Shown here one piece after another: positions 38,890 to 51,314 of a stretch of DNA of 64,000 nt. The stretch lies in contig OZ024744.1 in assembly GCA_964016885.1 (NCBI GenBank), positions 37,448,001-37,512,000 of the forward strand. Reading direction: 5' to 3'. Under the pieces are notes generated by a model, which saw only the letters and a program-made list of their open reading frames with translations, searched no databases and was not told where the DNA came from. Position numbers and translations under genes: made by a program. Positions within the stretch are counted from its first letter, which is position 1, and every line of letters starts with the position of its first letter. The stretch comes from Eledone cirrhosa (lineage: Eukaryota).

Positions 38890-40207
38890 AACTTGTAATT
38901 GTCTCACCAAGAAGAGGGCATCTGTTGTACTTTTCCCAGGCAGAAACCCAAACTGCATTTCATCTAGTTTGACCCTTTCTCTAATTAGTTGTGCTAATAT
39001 CCTTTCTGCCACTTTCATAACCTGATCCATCAGTTTTATACCCCTATAATTGCTCCTCGCCAGAGCATCCCCTTTACCTTTGTAGCAATTTATGAGAATA
39101 CTGCTGCACCAGGCTTGGGGTATGACACCACCATATATAGCCTGATTGATGATGCGTGCAACCAGTTTAGTGCCTACGTCCCCTGATGCCTTTAGCATCT
39201 CAGTAACTATCCACGTCTGTCCAGCAGCCTTACCATCTTTCATTTCCTTAATTGCCTCTTGGACCCTATATTCGTCAATCTCAATAGCTGGTTCCTCGGT
39301 CGGATCTACTGAGGGTAATTTCTCTCTCTCCCATTCGTTCTCCACATTCATCAGTCTCTCATAATGACATTTCCAGGCCTCCTTTTTCTGATCATTCGTG
39401 ACACTAAGTACACCGGCATCATTCCGGACACATTTATCTCCAACAACATCCTGATTTTCATTGACACACTGCCTTGCAATGTGGAACACCGCACGCCTCT
39501 GATCTTCCCGTCACAGAACATTGGCAAACCCCCTACTATCAGCCTCCCTGCGTGCTAAGTACACCTGACGTCTAGCTTCTATCTTGCGGCTGTATATCCT
39601 TCTCTACTCCCACCCTTTTTCCAAGCCTTCCATGCTAGTCTTTTATCTCTAATGACCTTATCTACTGTTCCACCACCAGCACACTCTCTGTCTGATTGGT
39701 GCTCTACTCCAGCCACAAGTTCCATCAGTAGCCTGCAGTAAGTTGTCACGTAAGAAATTCCAGTTATTATCTGTCATACGTCTCTAAATCGTCTTCTTTT
39801 TCGTCATACACATCTTGAAGGGCTTTCCTATATTTGTATTTTAGTGAAAGGTCTTTTAGCTTCCAGACCTTTCTTCTCCACACCTCCCTGTATGTCTCAT
39901 TCCATCTCTTGCTTACTGTGATATCACTAGCGACTAACCTATGCTGTGTGGTACATTCTTCCCCAGGGTATGCCTTGGTATTTGACACCATCTGTCTGTC
40001 AGGCTGCCTAACAAGTAAGAAGTCAATCTGGCTTATGTGCTCACCTGATTTGTAGGTTATTAGGTGGTTGGCAGGTTTCTGGAAGTTAGTGTTGCAAATA
40101 GTCAGTGTACTTGCATTACAAAATTCAAGAAGTTTCACTCCTTCTTCATTTCTTGAGCCATAACCGTGCCCACCATGTACCCCAGAGTAACCATCCTGGA
40201 GCTGTCC
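38890..40207 (-). pseudogene. RTE-clade LINE fragment (end of endonuclease, linker, start of RT), inverted
   Basis: SQIDF, GEECTTQHRLV, KGKGDALARSNYRGIKL, QFGFLPGKSTTDALFLVRQLQ; stops and frameshifts. Confidence 0.88.
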
Positions 40208-40217
40208 ATATATATAT

Positions 40218-40701
40218 ATTGTTATACTTTGGGAGGGTCATGTTGCCAATAAGAAACACACGCACCAGTGGCTTTCACTCCAATTTATTATGAATTTAAT
40301 TTATAAATTTAAGAATTTTGTAAATTTCCGGTTGGTTGGTTGGTTCCACAACCGGACGGTTGTTCATATATTGTCAAAGTTCTTTCGTCACACATTATGT
40401 GACCTCTTCAGTGACTGGGGATTCTTTTCTTTGTTTTGTGCCTCTCCTTGAAGAGGTCACAGAATGTGTGACGAAAGAACTTTGACAATATATGAACAAC
40501 CGTCCGATTCTGGAACCAACCAACCAACCAACCGGAAATTTACAAATTTCTTAAATTTACAAATTTAATTTATAATAAATTGGAGTGAAAGCAACTGGTG
40601 AGTGTGTTTCTTATTGGCAACATGACCCTCCCAAATTATAACAATATCGGTTTCAACACACGTTTTCAGATAAAGAATCTTGCTAAACAAATTCAGAAAC
40701 G
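40218..40701. mobile_element. Penelope P2 inverted pLTR pair
   Basis: 40218-40450 (-) and 40449-40701 (+) are inverted copies. Confidence 0.8.
40373..40415 (-). ncRNA. Minimal type-I hammerhead (P2 pLTR)
   Basis: gtca-CTGAAGA-g gtcaca taatg tgtgac-GAA-agaact-T-tgac; 6-bp stem II. Confidence 0.72.
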
Positions 40702-40739
40702 ATATACTATATATATATATATATATGTATATGTATATA

Positions 40740-40918
40740 AACCTAATGAAAATTTAAAATATATAAATAAAGGCTCTTGCCATCCTCCTATAGTTTTTAA
40801 AAACCTTATCCCTAATATTAGCCGTAGGATCTCCACCCTCTCTTCCTCAGAAGCTATTTTCAATAATAAAGCCCTTCAAAATAGCGGATTTAGCGAACCG
40901 ATTAAGTACATACCTTAG
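40740..40918 (+). pseudogene. Penelope-like RT thumb fragment
   Basis: YINKGSCHPPIVFKNLIPNISRRISTLSS...ALQNSGF. Confidence 0.7.
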
Positions 40919-40939
40919 AGAGGTAAGTATACTGGCTTA

Positions 40940-41910
40940 TTCTTAGAGAAGAATAAGCCAGTATACTTACCCTTTGTTGACCTAGAGAAGGCCTTTGATA
41001 GGGTACCCCGATCTGTCATCTGGTGGTCCCTAAGGAAACTAGGTGTTGAGGAATGACTTGTGAGGACAGTGCAAACTTTGTACAAAGGTGCTGTCAGTAA
41101 AGTCAGGGTAGGAATGGAGTTTAGTGAGGAATTCCAGATACAAGTAGGAGTACATCAAGGTTCGGTCCTCAGCTCGCTCTTGTACATTATAGTCCTCCAA
41201 GCCATAACAGAGGAGTTTAAGACTGGCTTAACTTCTCTATGCTGATTATCTGGTTCTTATAGTAGAATCAGTAAAGGAGCTAGAGAATAAATTCTGGCCA
41301 TGGAAACAGCAGTTGGAAGCAAGAGGACTGAGAGTGAACCTAGCTAAGACAAAAGTGTTGATGAGTACAAAAGAGGACAAAACTCTGATTCTGTCAGGGA
41401 AATGGCCATGTTCTATATGCAGAAAATGAACTGGCATAAATTCTATAAAATTCACACAATGCAGATCCTGTGTACACAAGAGATGTAGTGGGATAGCAGG
41501 CAAACTAACAGGTCGGGAGAAATACGTATGCAGTAGATGTACAGGGAAATTAGACAGTAGAAGTCGCATTGATAGACACATGTTTCAAATGCAGGCGGGT
41601 GCTATAGAAGTGGTGGATAGTTTCCGATACCTAAGATATCAGATTAGCATGGGAGGTGGGTGTTCCGAGGCCATAGTATCTAGAATAAGGACGGTTTAGA
41701 AGACGTTTGGGGAGCTGCTTCCTTTGCTGACGAAGAATGGTTTCTCCCTGCGTACGAAAGGCCGGTTATATGATGCCTGTGTGAGGAGCGCGATGCTGCA
41801 TGGTAGTGAGACATGGGCAGCAACTGCAGAGGATATGCGACGGCTGGAGAGAAATGAGGCAAGTATGCTCCGTTGGATGTGCAATGTCAATGTGCGTGAA
41901 CGACCCAGCA
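40940..41910 (+). pseudogene. RTE-clade LINE RT fragment with Cys/His-rich insert
   Basis: FVDLEKAFDRVPR, VGVHQGSVLS, LYAD, KTKV, WPCSICRK...VHKRCSG...YVCSRC, LHGSETW. Confidence 0.88.
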
Positions 41911-42121
41911 TATTGAAATCAACAATAATTAAATATATAAATGCACGCACCCATATACGTATATACACATGCATACGCTGAAACAGCCACCATGGGTATG
42001 CAAATACAGGCACGTACACAAAACCACGCGCACACATACAAAAACCCACACAACGCCTGTACCCGCACACATACGAAGGCCTACACCAAATACACAGAAA
42101 ACATATATAAAAAAAAGAGAA

Positions 42122-42163
<42 letters not shown>

Positions 42164-42167
<4 letters not shown>

Positions 42168-42365
42168 AAAGAAGAAACATTAGACATAAATAAAAAATAT
42201 ATATATATACCCAATATTCTTCAACATCTTTGACTGCGCAGTTTCGTGGCTACTATGCAAAAACATTACATCATAGAGATGCAGTATTTTTGTGAGGAGA
42301 ATACTGTTGAAGAATATTGGGTACATATATAGTTTTATTTATGTCTAATGTTTCTTCTTTCTTTA
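42164..42365. mobile_element. Short inverted-repeat element with decayed hammerhead (-)
   Basis: 60-bp arms 42164-42224 and 42305-42365; minus strand has GAAA-ctgcgcag-TC-aaagatg and a damaged core. Confidence 0.5.
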
Positions 42366-42372
42366 TAATGTA

Positions 42373-42510
42373 CTAACAGAATGGCCCGGCGTTGCTCGAG
42401 ATTTGCTCTAGGGTTCTTATATATTTTATATATATTTATCCTTATCGAGCCTCGTGAAATAAATACGTTTGTTTATATTTTGTTATTGTGTATGCAAAAA
42501 TATCTGTACA

Positions 42511-42573
<63 letters not shown>

Positions 42574-42776
42574 ACAGTACAGAGAAGTAAGGAATACCTC
42601 GGCCTTGGGATGGTGTCTACATTTTGTGCCTATAAAAAAAAGTTTGTCATAGATTAGCAGGGGTTTTTTCCGTGCGAAGAAAATCAATACTTTATCGCGA
42701 AATAAATACTTTTGTTTATATTTTGTTATTGTATTTGCAAAAATATCTGTACACGAATATATAATTATATAACAGA
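42373..42776 (-). mobile_element. Helitron B, 3' part
   Basis: ctaacagaatggcccggcgttgctcgag is the reverse complement of the B terminus; matches 55628-55776 and 56935-57130. Confidence 0.75.
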
Positions 42777-43590
42777 CTAGCAGTAAAGCCCGGCGTTGCT
42801 CGGGGTCGCTCAGTAGCTGTGTTAAAGTTACAATGTTAAGTTTCTTTTTTGGCTTAAAAACTGTAGTGTCTACTGTGCAGACTTGCATGTGGTGTTTTTG
42901 ATTAATATTCCCTCAACCAACAATATGCCTTATGAAGTTAAGAAAACATAACGATAACCCAAATGTTATAACAAAAGAGGATGCTGGGGATAAAAACTGC
43001 ACTGGTTATTTATTAACAAAGATCGAAAATGTAAACACTGCAACGCAGAGAAAACCATTAGCGTAACCAAATTATCAGTTATGTCTGTCTGCACGCCTAT
43101 ATCACCTCTCTGCACGACTGTCTGTCTGCACGCCTGAAATATTTGCTTGTTTTACGTAGTCTTTAAATAGACTTGTTTTCAAGTAAAAATATTGTTTTAA
43201 AATGCTTTTAAATGGAAATGAAGCAAAACGGAAGCTTAGTGTTCGAACTGATGAATTTTGCAGGTCAATATTTTGCTGGCTCGACAACTGTTCGTGTATT
43301 GTGTTAATGTCATTTTAAACGCTGAGAAAGCCAGCGTAATTTTTTACGTAAGACGCTCAATGTAAACAGAACAAAGGGAAATAACTGATAACTTACGCTC
43401 AAAAATCGATACATTATATTCGATTTCGTCACATAGGGTGGGTCAATTTGAAATATTTTTTTCCGATGTCTTCGCTAGGGCTCAATGTACAAGTATAGCA
43501 ATTTCGGTGCAATTCCGTCAGAGATTCTAAGAGGAGATGTGTGCCAAAAATCGATAGACAGATAGACAACCACAGTTTTATATATATAGA
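42777..43590 (-). mobile_element. Helitron A, copy 2
   Basis: A|ctag...ga|T; reverse complement of 7833-8749; one full 37-bp unit. Confidence 0.85.
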
Positions 43591-43753
43591 TTACATAGCT
43601 CTGATATTGAGTCAATCTAATTCATTCAGATTATTTTGTCCCTATTAATCATAGAGCAACAACGGTTAAGGTTGGCACCACACAAATTAAGGGATATATG
43701 TGTGTAGGTGCATGTATATGTATGTATTCGCATGTACCTGTGTATTTCTTTTT

Positions 43754-43817
<64 letters not shown>

Positions 43818-43856
43818 ATTAAATAAATGGAAAACTATATTTATAAAACCATATTT

Positions 43857-43920
43857 ATTTCATTATATATATTTCGGGGATATCATATTAACAATATGCT
43901 ATGCCTTCATCAGACAAAAT
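43857..43920 (-). ncRNA. Type-I hammerhead (inverted copy of 44076-44139)
   Basis: Reverse complement of the motif at 44076. Confidence 0.7.
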
Positions 43921-44075
43921 ACAATATAAACAGTTTTATAGATAAATATATTCGACATACCGTATACTGCTAGAGTGAACCTCTTCAAATGAAGTTGATG
44001 TTTATTACGGTATGTCGAATATATTTATCTATAAAACTGTTTATATATATTTATCTATAAAACTGTTTATATTGT

Positions 44076-44139
44076 ATTTTGTCTGATGAAGGCATAGCAT
44101 ATTGTTAATATGATATCCCCGAAATATATATAATGAAAT
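44076..44139 (+). ncRNA. Type-I hammerhead, canonical core
   Basis: attttgt-CTGATGA-aggcatagcatatt gtt aatatgatatcccc-GAA-atatatat-A-atgaaat; palindromic stem III. Confidence 0.7.
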
Positions 44140-44268
44140 AAATATGGTTTTATAAATATAGTTTTCCATTTATTTAATATTGTAAATATACTCCAAGTAT
44201 TTGTCGAGTGCTTTTATATCAGTTATAAATATTTACTAGTTGTAACCCAACAATTTTAAATATAACTT

Positions 44269-44351
<83 letters not shown>

Positions 44352-44568
44352 TATTTATGTATCGAGAAAGAGAAAAAAAAAGGGGAGGATAGGTGATACA
44401 CATAGTTATTTGCCAAGTAGCGTATGCCAAACGTGCTCGATACTAGTGCCGGCAGTATTAAATATTCGAAGTGTTAATATTTAGTGGGCTAGAGAGTTAG
44501 CAGAGCGTAAGCACGTGGGAAAGTAAAAAATCGGAGAATATACCGTTAAAACATGTTTATTTAAAACA

Positions 44569-44608
44569 GCACCTACGTACGTTTCGCCCAGTTGGGCTTC
44601 TCAAGGGC
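44569..44608 (-). ncRNA. Minimal hammerhead, U3-A8 core variant (inverted copy)
   Basis: Reverse complement of 45076-45115. Confidence 0.65.
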
Positions 44609-45075
44609 ATATATAATCAAAAGTGTTCCTTATATTGCTCGGAAAGAGTTTTGGGGGTTAAATCCACATCAAGGTTCATTGCTGGCAAACATATCTTGTT
44701 TTGATTTTGCAGCAGGTCAAGGGAGGTAACTCTGGCCGGTGTTAAGGCAGTCTTTCCCGGACAATTTTTTTTTTTTTTGCCTTATCTGTTTGTCTGAGGC
44801 TGGGTCTGGTATGCAAGGATTGTTTCCTGGGTGTTATTTTGCAGCGCCTGCCCGCCGGGGTGTTAAGACTTGTTGCAGCGAGATCCGGTGTACGGTTTCA
44901 CTCCTCATCCTTAACCCATCTGAAGAAGGATATTTTTAAGCGATGTGTACAACTTACCTTCCCTTGACCTGCTGCAAAATCAAAACAAAATATTTTTGCG
45001 AGCAATGAACATTGATGTGGATTTAACCCCCAAAACTCTTTCCGAGCAATATAAGGAACACTTTTGATTATTTAT

Positions 45076-45115
45076 GCCCTTGAGAAGCCCAACTGGGCGA
45101 AACGTACGTAGGTGC
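45076..45115 (+). ncRNA. Minimal hammerhead, U3-A8 core variant
   Basis: cc-TTGAGAA-gccc aact gggc-GAA-acgtacgt-A-gg; stem I is short. Confidence 0.65.
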
Positions 45116-45169
45116 TGTTTTAAATAAACATGTTTTAACGGTCTATTCTCCGATTTTTTACTTTCCCAC

Positions 45170-45221
<52 letters not shown>

Positions 45222-45224
45222 TAA

Positions 45225-47100
45225 AATATATATACATGTGTGCGTGTGGGTGCGCGTATACATATAATTATATAGACGTATATAAATATACACACATAAA
45301 TACGTATATAACGCGCGCACACACACACACACACATGTAAATACACATATGTTCGCTAAGCGTACGTCAACCAAAACAGAGTATACATATACACACACCC
45401 TACATACGTGCAAACCCGCATACACACACAAACGAAAAGCCCACGTATACACATAATCATATACACATGAACCAGTATATATAATATAATATATACGCCT
45501 ATAACAAATACAAGCAAATATACGGACGAGAAAATATACGTACCTTCACAAAACATATATACTTACCAATATATACTTACCAATACAAATAAGTAATGGT
45601 ATAAACATAGAATATACTTAGCTACCATATCAAGACGTAAATGATCCGCGTATAGTTCGTACTATCCGTTAGGGTATAATGTGGGGCTGTAATACAGGAA
45701 TGTTTTGTGCGATTTATGTTTACAAGCCGAAATTGCCTGACATTTTTTGTTTAAGATGTGGTCATTGGTGTAGAGTATTTCTAGGGCTTCAGCCGCACAG
45801 AGGTCACAGGTCTTTTATTTCCGTTATGCGATCTAGCTTTACCTAGGATCTCCCAATGTAACCTATATTGGGTGTGGTTGTCTTTTAGACTCCAGATATA
45901 AGCTGAAAGAGACGTCATATTCATTCGTAAAGGGTTAAGAAAAGAATGGTTATGCATGTAAAGACGCTGCTTGAATCTATGGGCGATTAACCCTATGTAG
46001 GCCCTAGGGGACGTGGGTTTTTCAACCTTACATTTGTAGACAATGTTACTAGAGAGGCATTTCCCGGATAGGGGGCAGTGAACCTGATTCCTACAATTAC
46101 AGTTAGTACTAGCTACAGGGTTGCACGTGTTCCTACGACTAGGTAATTTAACTAAATTTGAAGCAGTGATGTAATGTGCAAGGTTAATTAGTCGTAGATT
46201 AAGAAATTTTAATGGTATTTCTATTAAAAATGTTATTATATTTATGTGCTGGGGGAAATGCTTCATAATAAGGGAGAGAAAGCTCTTAGCTAAAGGTGCG
46301 TCGGGATCTATTTTTCCTAGTTATATATCATACTCGGTATATGCTACCTTATCGACAAATCCACTCCGAGCAAGAGCTTCATTGTAATATGTGGAATGGT
46401 CAAAAGACCGTCATCACGGTACAAACCACCGCCCCACGTTGGGGAATTCAACCTTGATAGAGAAAAGGCCGATAAGATCAGTAACCTCTGCAGAATCGCT
46501 GGCGCCCATACTCACGTCGAATGCGGTACTATTAGATTTTTTAATCAAAATAGAGTCGTCGAAATTAATCACCAACTTACGGGCATTGAGGATGACATCA
46601 ACTTCAAAATCCTGAACCACCGTGAGCATTTTAGCGAAATTGTGGTAAAGCGATAGAGGCGTAGTAATTATTGATGTGGAATTGGATAAACGGCAATGTT
46701 CCTTGTTGTATATATCGTTGAACCAATCAATCACCGAGAAAGAATTGTTCCACAGTGCAAGAGGTACCAAGCTTCTAATTTCAGGTATAATTCTATCTAA
46801 AATCCTTTTACTAAGTTTACCTAAATCGGACTTCGTAGGGTTAATAAGCCGAATAGAGGGGTTGTTCGGGAAATTGGCACTATGATCCTTCAGGGTAAAG
46901 TGGGGGAAAAATAGGGTCCAGAGGTTCAGTCCGGTCCATAATGTTTAGATCAGAGGTGATTTTAAACCCAGCATCGTTGATGTCATTAATCACAGTCCGA
47001 TTAGTTTTGCGGTAATCCTTAGTTACAGCATTGTGTAGCATTTGATGGTAAGTACTGCGCTCCACTTGATATGGATTGCCAGTTTTGTCGGAGTGGACTA
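45225..47100 (-). mobile_element. Penelope-like family P1: decayed RT + GIY-YIG and 3' region
   Basis: KNSTAF-like FDVSMGASDSAEVTDLIG (RT), LWNNS...VIDWF, CNCRN..HCPL.GKC, YIGL...FKQRL..HNHSF; 45225-45800 matches 63470-64000. Confidence 0.88.
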
Positions 47101-47154
47101 GAAGAATTAGAGCGATAGTGAGTGTAAGTGTGTGTTTGTGTGTGTGTGTATATA

Positions 47155-47204
<50 letters not shown>

Positions 47205-47208
<4 letters not shown>

Positions 47209-47425
47209 CATCCTCATCGTCACCGTTTTACGTCCGTTATTCCACGCTAGCATTGCGTTAGACGGGTTGTCCTGTTATGGACAGTGTCTGGTCGGCTGAC
47301 CTTGTCTTGCTCATACGGGAACTGATTCTGGCTTGATTTCTACAACTGGATGCCCTTCCTAACACCAACCTCATTTACAGTGAGTGCTGGGTTATTTCTT
47401 TCCGTGGCACCTCCACGACAACTTT
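47205..47425. mobile_element. RTE-tail-related short element
   Basis: catcctcatcgtcaccgttttacgtccg...ggatgcccttcctaacaccaacc resembles RTE 3'-end-derived repeats. Confidence 0.5.
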
Positions 47426-47463
47426 GCAGTGGGAGAGTGTGCGGGCATATTGTCTATATGCTT

Positions 47464-47499
<36 letters not shown>

Positions 47500-48204
47500 A
47501 GAATGAGAACGATAGAGAGAGCATGTGTGTGTTTGTCGGTTTATAGATATATACTAGAATTAGAACGATAGAGAGCATGTGTGCGCGTTTTAACGTGTGT
47601 ATGCGTGTGTGTGTGTGTGTGTGTGAACGAATGCACGCATATATATGTGTAAGCCATTTTTATTGTACCCGTTTTTGTTTCTTTCTTTACACTAGAGCCA
47701 TTTTGTTTTTTGTATCTAATGCACGATATATTGTCGAAAAATCTCTTTCCAACCTTTCTTTCGTGCACATCATCGATTCTTTTCAAGCTAGATTTATAAA
47801 GTTTTTATTTATACTTTCTTCATACATTAAATATGCGTTTTTTTTTTCCAATGTCATCATTTGATGGATGAGTAATCTCTTTTAATTGTTGAATACATTT
47901 GTCCTTCTACGTGTCTTTCCTTCTACTCTTTATAAACATATATTTTTTTATACGTTTAACCTTTTTGATAGCAAACAGCCTTAAACTCACCCAGGTTCTA
48001 TTATAAGATTCCGTTTGTTTTAAAGTGTTTATAATATATATACATAAATATATACATACATACATACGTACATACATACATACATACATACATACATACA
48101 TACATACATACATACATACATACATACATACATACATACATACATACATACGCGCACGCACACACACACACACACACATATATACATATTTGAATTCAAA
48201 ATGG

Positions 48205-48272
48205 AAAGGGCCGTAACTCTTTGTGTCAAAGCATGGCGTCCGACCCTCTACCGATACTGCCAATCCAGCGCC
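48205..48272 (-). mobile_element. SINE head fragment
   Basis: gaccctctaccgatactgccaatcc. Confidence 0.65.
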
Positions 48273-48500
48273 TTATGAACTCTTCATTCTTGCTCTTGTG
48301 TTTACATGCCAACACAAGAGCAAGAATGAAGAGTTCATTCTACTGACGTGGCTATAAAGATGAGGGTTGTTTGTATAATTGCTAACGAATCGAATGTTTA
48401 TTATTAATATTCGAAAAGCTCAGACTACATTTATTGTATTCAGCCATATAGAGCGAAATTATTCATTTATATTTGTTTTGAATTATATATATATATATAC

Positions 48501-48642
<142 letters not shown>

Positions 48643-48692
48643 ATCTATGTAAATATATATATATATATGTATATATATACATATATATATAT

Positions 48693-48762
<70 letters not shown>

Positions 48763-48784
48763 ATATATATATATATATATGTAA

Positions 48785-48860
<76 letters not shown>

Positions 48861-48861
48861 T

Positions 48862-48921
<60 letters not shown>

Positions 48922-48924
<3 letters not shown>

Positions 48925-49180
48925 CGGAGGAAATGTGGTAAGGAACCAGGTGGTCCGTAACGCACCAAAGTACTCAATACTTAGGATAGTAGAGTGGGTA
49001 ATAGGGACGAGTAGGACCCCGATGGCTGAGCTCAAGCCGTTTCGACGGCTAATTCTCTTAGCTGAGAATGTCTCCCTGATGAAGAAAGGATTCTCCATGG
49101 TCTCCATTTGAAGACTATGTATATCCCCTTTCAAAAACTAATTAGTTGGAGTGAAATTTAAGTAAGTTAATTACTATAAT
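48922..49180. mobile_element. pLTR fragment (-) with half hammerhead, joined to a decayed hammerhead of another family (+, 49071-49151)
   Basis: 48922-49056 is the reverse complement of 55465-55597; then ctcc-CTGATGA-a gaaagg...cctttc-aaaa-actaattagt-t-ggag, with G12 lost. Confidence 0.55.
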
Positions 49181-49314
49181 TTTCTTATTTTACGTCTTTT
49201 ATATAATTGTTCTATATCTTTTTGTATTGAACCACAAAGTTACTAAGACAAAACCTATATATATGGTAGCGTAAGTATACATCTGTATAAATATGTTGGT
49301 AGATATACTAATTC

Positions 49315-49359
<45 letters not shown>

Positions 49360-49362
<3 letters not shown>

Positions 49363-49586
49363 TAAAAGGAAAAGAAAATGCTGACAAATTTTTCCCAGTT
49401 TAGAGCAAACATCACGAGTGCTCTATCTCAAAATTATTTTTGAAAAGCATTTGAAATGCGCAACCGGTAAAAACTTAAAACTAAAACTGAATACTACCCA
49501 ATACTTATTACTAATATATACTTGTTCCTAATTAAAGTATTTTTCACTGGGAAAAATTTGTCAGCATTTTCTTTTCCTTTTACTAA
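49360..49586. mobile_element. Inverted-repeat element with mutated hammerhead (49437-49472, +)
   Basis: 40-bp arms 49360-49399 and 49546-49584; ttt-TTGAAAA-gcatt tga aatgc-GCA-accggt-A-aaa. Confidence 0.55.
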
Positions 49587-49625
49587 TATATCACAACTCG
49601 TGTGTTACACCTCTATTTTTTTTTA

Positions 49626-49675
<50 letters not shown>

Positions 49676-50122
49676 ACATGAAGGCGGCGAACCTGACTGG
49701 CAACTGCTAATTTTTTGGCCGCCTTCTCGTCTTGGACTTCTCTCTCCTTTTTCAACCCCTTGGATTGTGTCTATTATATTCCTTTGTTAAATTTCGGAGT
49801 ACCTGATGATGTCACCGGATTCACACTGAACCCGGTCATTGAATGTACATGGTATAATAAACCCTAAAGGAATTATACCAGTCCAGCCTCCTGTTATTTT
49901 ATAATAATTAACTCCGTACTCGCACCACCATCTACACAAACGAAGACGGGTGAGGTGCATTACGTCGATCTCTCTCCCTAATATTACATCAAGGTTGAAC
50001 CAACAAACCTGAATATATATATATATATATATATAATATTTGCTCTAGGCTTCTTATATATTTGATATATATTTATCCTTATCGAGCCCTCTTTGGATTT
50101 TAGTCTTCACATTTTTTATTAT

Positions 50123-50161
<39 letters not shown>

Positions 50162-50240
50162 TATGTAATACACATACATAAATTACACACCCATATATAT
50201 ATATACATAAATTATTATATATATATACACAATTCACACT

Positions 50241-50283
<43 letters not shown>

Positions 50284-50350
50284 GACGGAGTAACAGAGAG
50301 TACAATAGATATATAGATACTTTGATAGATATGCATGCATATACACACAC

Positions 50351-50437
<87 letters not shown>

Positions 50438-50741
50438 CCCTCTAGGCGTGCTTTACATAGTTCTGCATTCTGTTCTTATAGCTCCTGTTGTGTTCACATC
50501 ACCAGAGTTTGCTATATATGTTTTAATATCGCGCGTTTCAATTGCTATTTGCTGTTTGCACATATTAAGTAGTTTCTCGAGATGGTTGACATTTTTCATT
50601 CTCAAGGTTTTCGTTTCCTTCGTAACAGAAAATGTGTGTTTATATCTTCAGTAAGTATACTATATTTAAATGATACGTTTATGAAACATATACATGTTTC
50701 TACCTTTATCCCTATATATGTATACACACACACAAACACAC

Positions 50742-50822
<81 letters not shown>

Positions 50823-50908
50823 AACTTAAATATATAATGATATATATATATACTTGAATATATGTATATATAAATGTATATATATATATATAAATATATA
50901 TATATGTA

Positions 50909-51009
<101 letters not shown>

Positions 51010-51188
51010 CAATAACAGAGATAGTTTAAAGCTAAACTCTGACTGGTAACCATCTCACTCAACAAACATTAGGTTATATTAAAATATAAACCCAATTTAA
51101 GTGTTTGGGGTGCTAACAATATGTATAATGTGGAAAAACCAGTTGTATTATTTTATGAGATATAATTAAAGTTAAAGTAAATCTCTCT

Positions 51189-51314
51189 TTCCAAACAATT
51201 GTTTCATTATAAGTTTTCTACAAGTTTGGGAGAGTGTTTCCAGTTTATGTAGAAGCCTAATATATATTCATGTAAGAATATATTTAGGTGGGCACTTATA
51301 AATCATCAGTGGAA
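51189..51314 (-). ncRNA. Type-I hammerhead, canonical core, long branched stem II
   Basis: ttcca-CTGATGA-t ttataag...cttataa t-GAA-acaattgt-T-tggaa. Confidence 0.78.

Larger units (their letters stand above)
43812..44183. mobile_element. Inverted pLTR pair (Penelope-type) with two hammerheads
   Basis: Near-perfect 155-bp inverted arms 43812-43965 and 44007-44183. Confidence 0.7.
44512..45170. mobile_element. Inverted pLTR pair (Penelope-type) around a 220-bp spacer
   Basis: 220-bp inverted arms 44512-44730 and 44952-45170. Confidence 0.7.
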
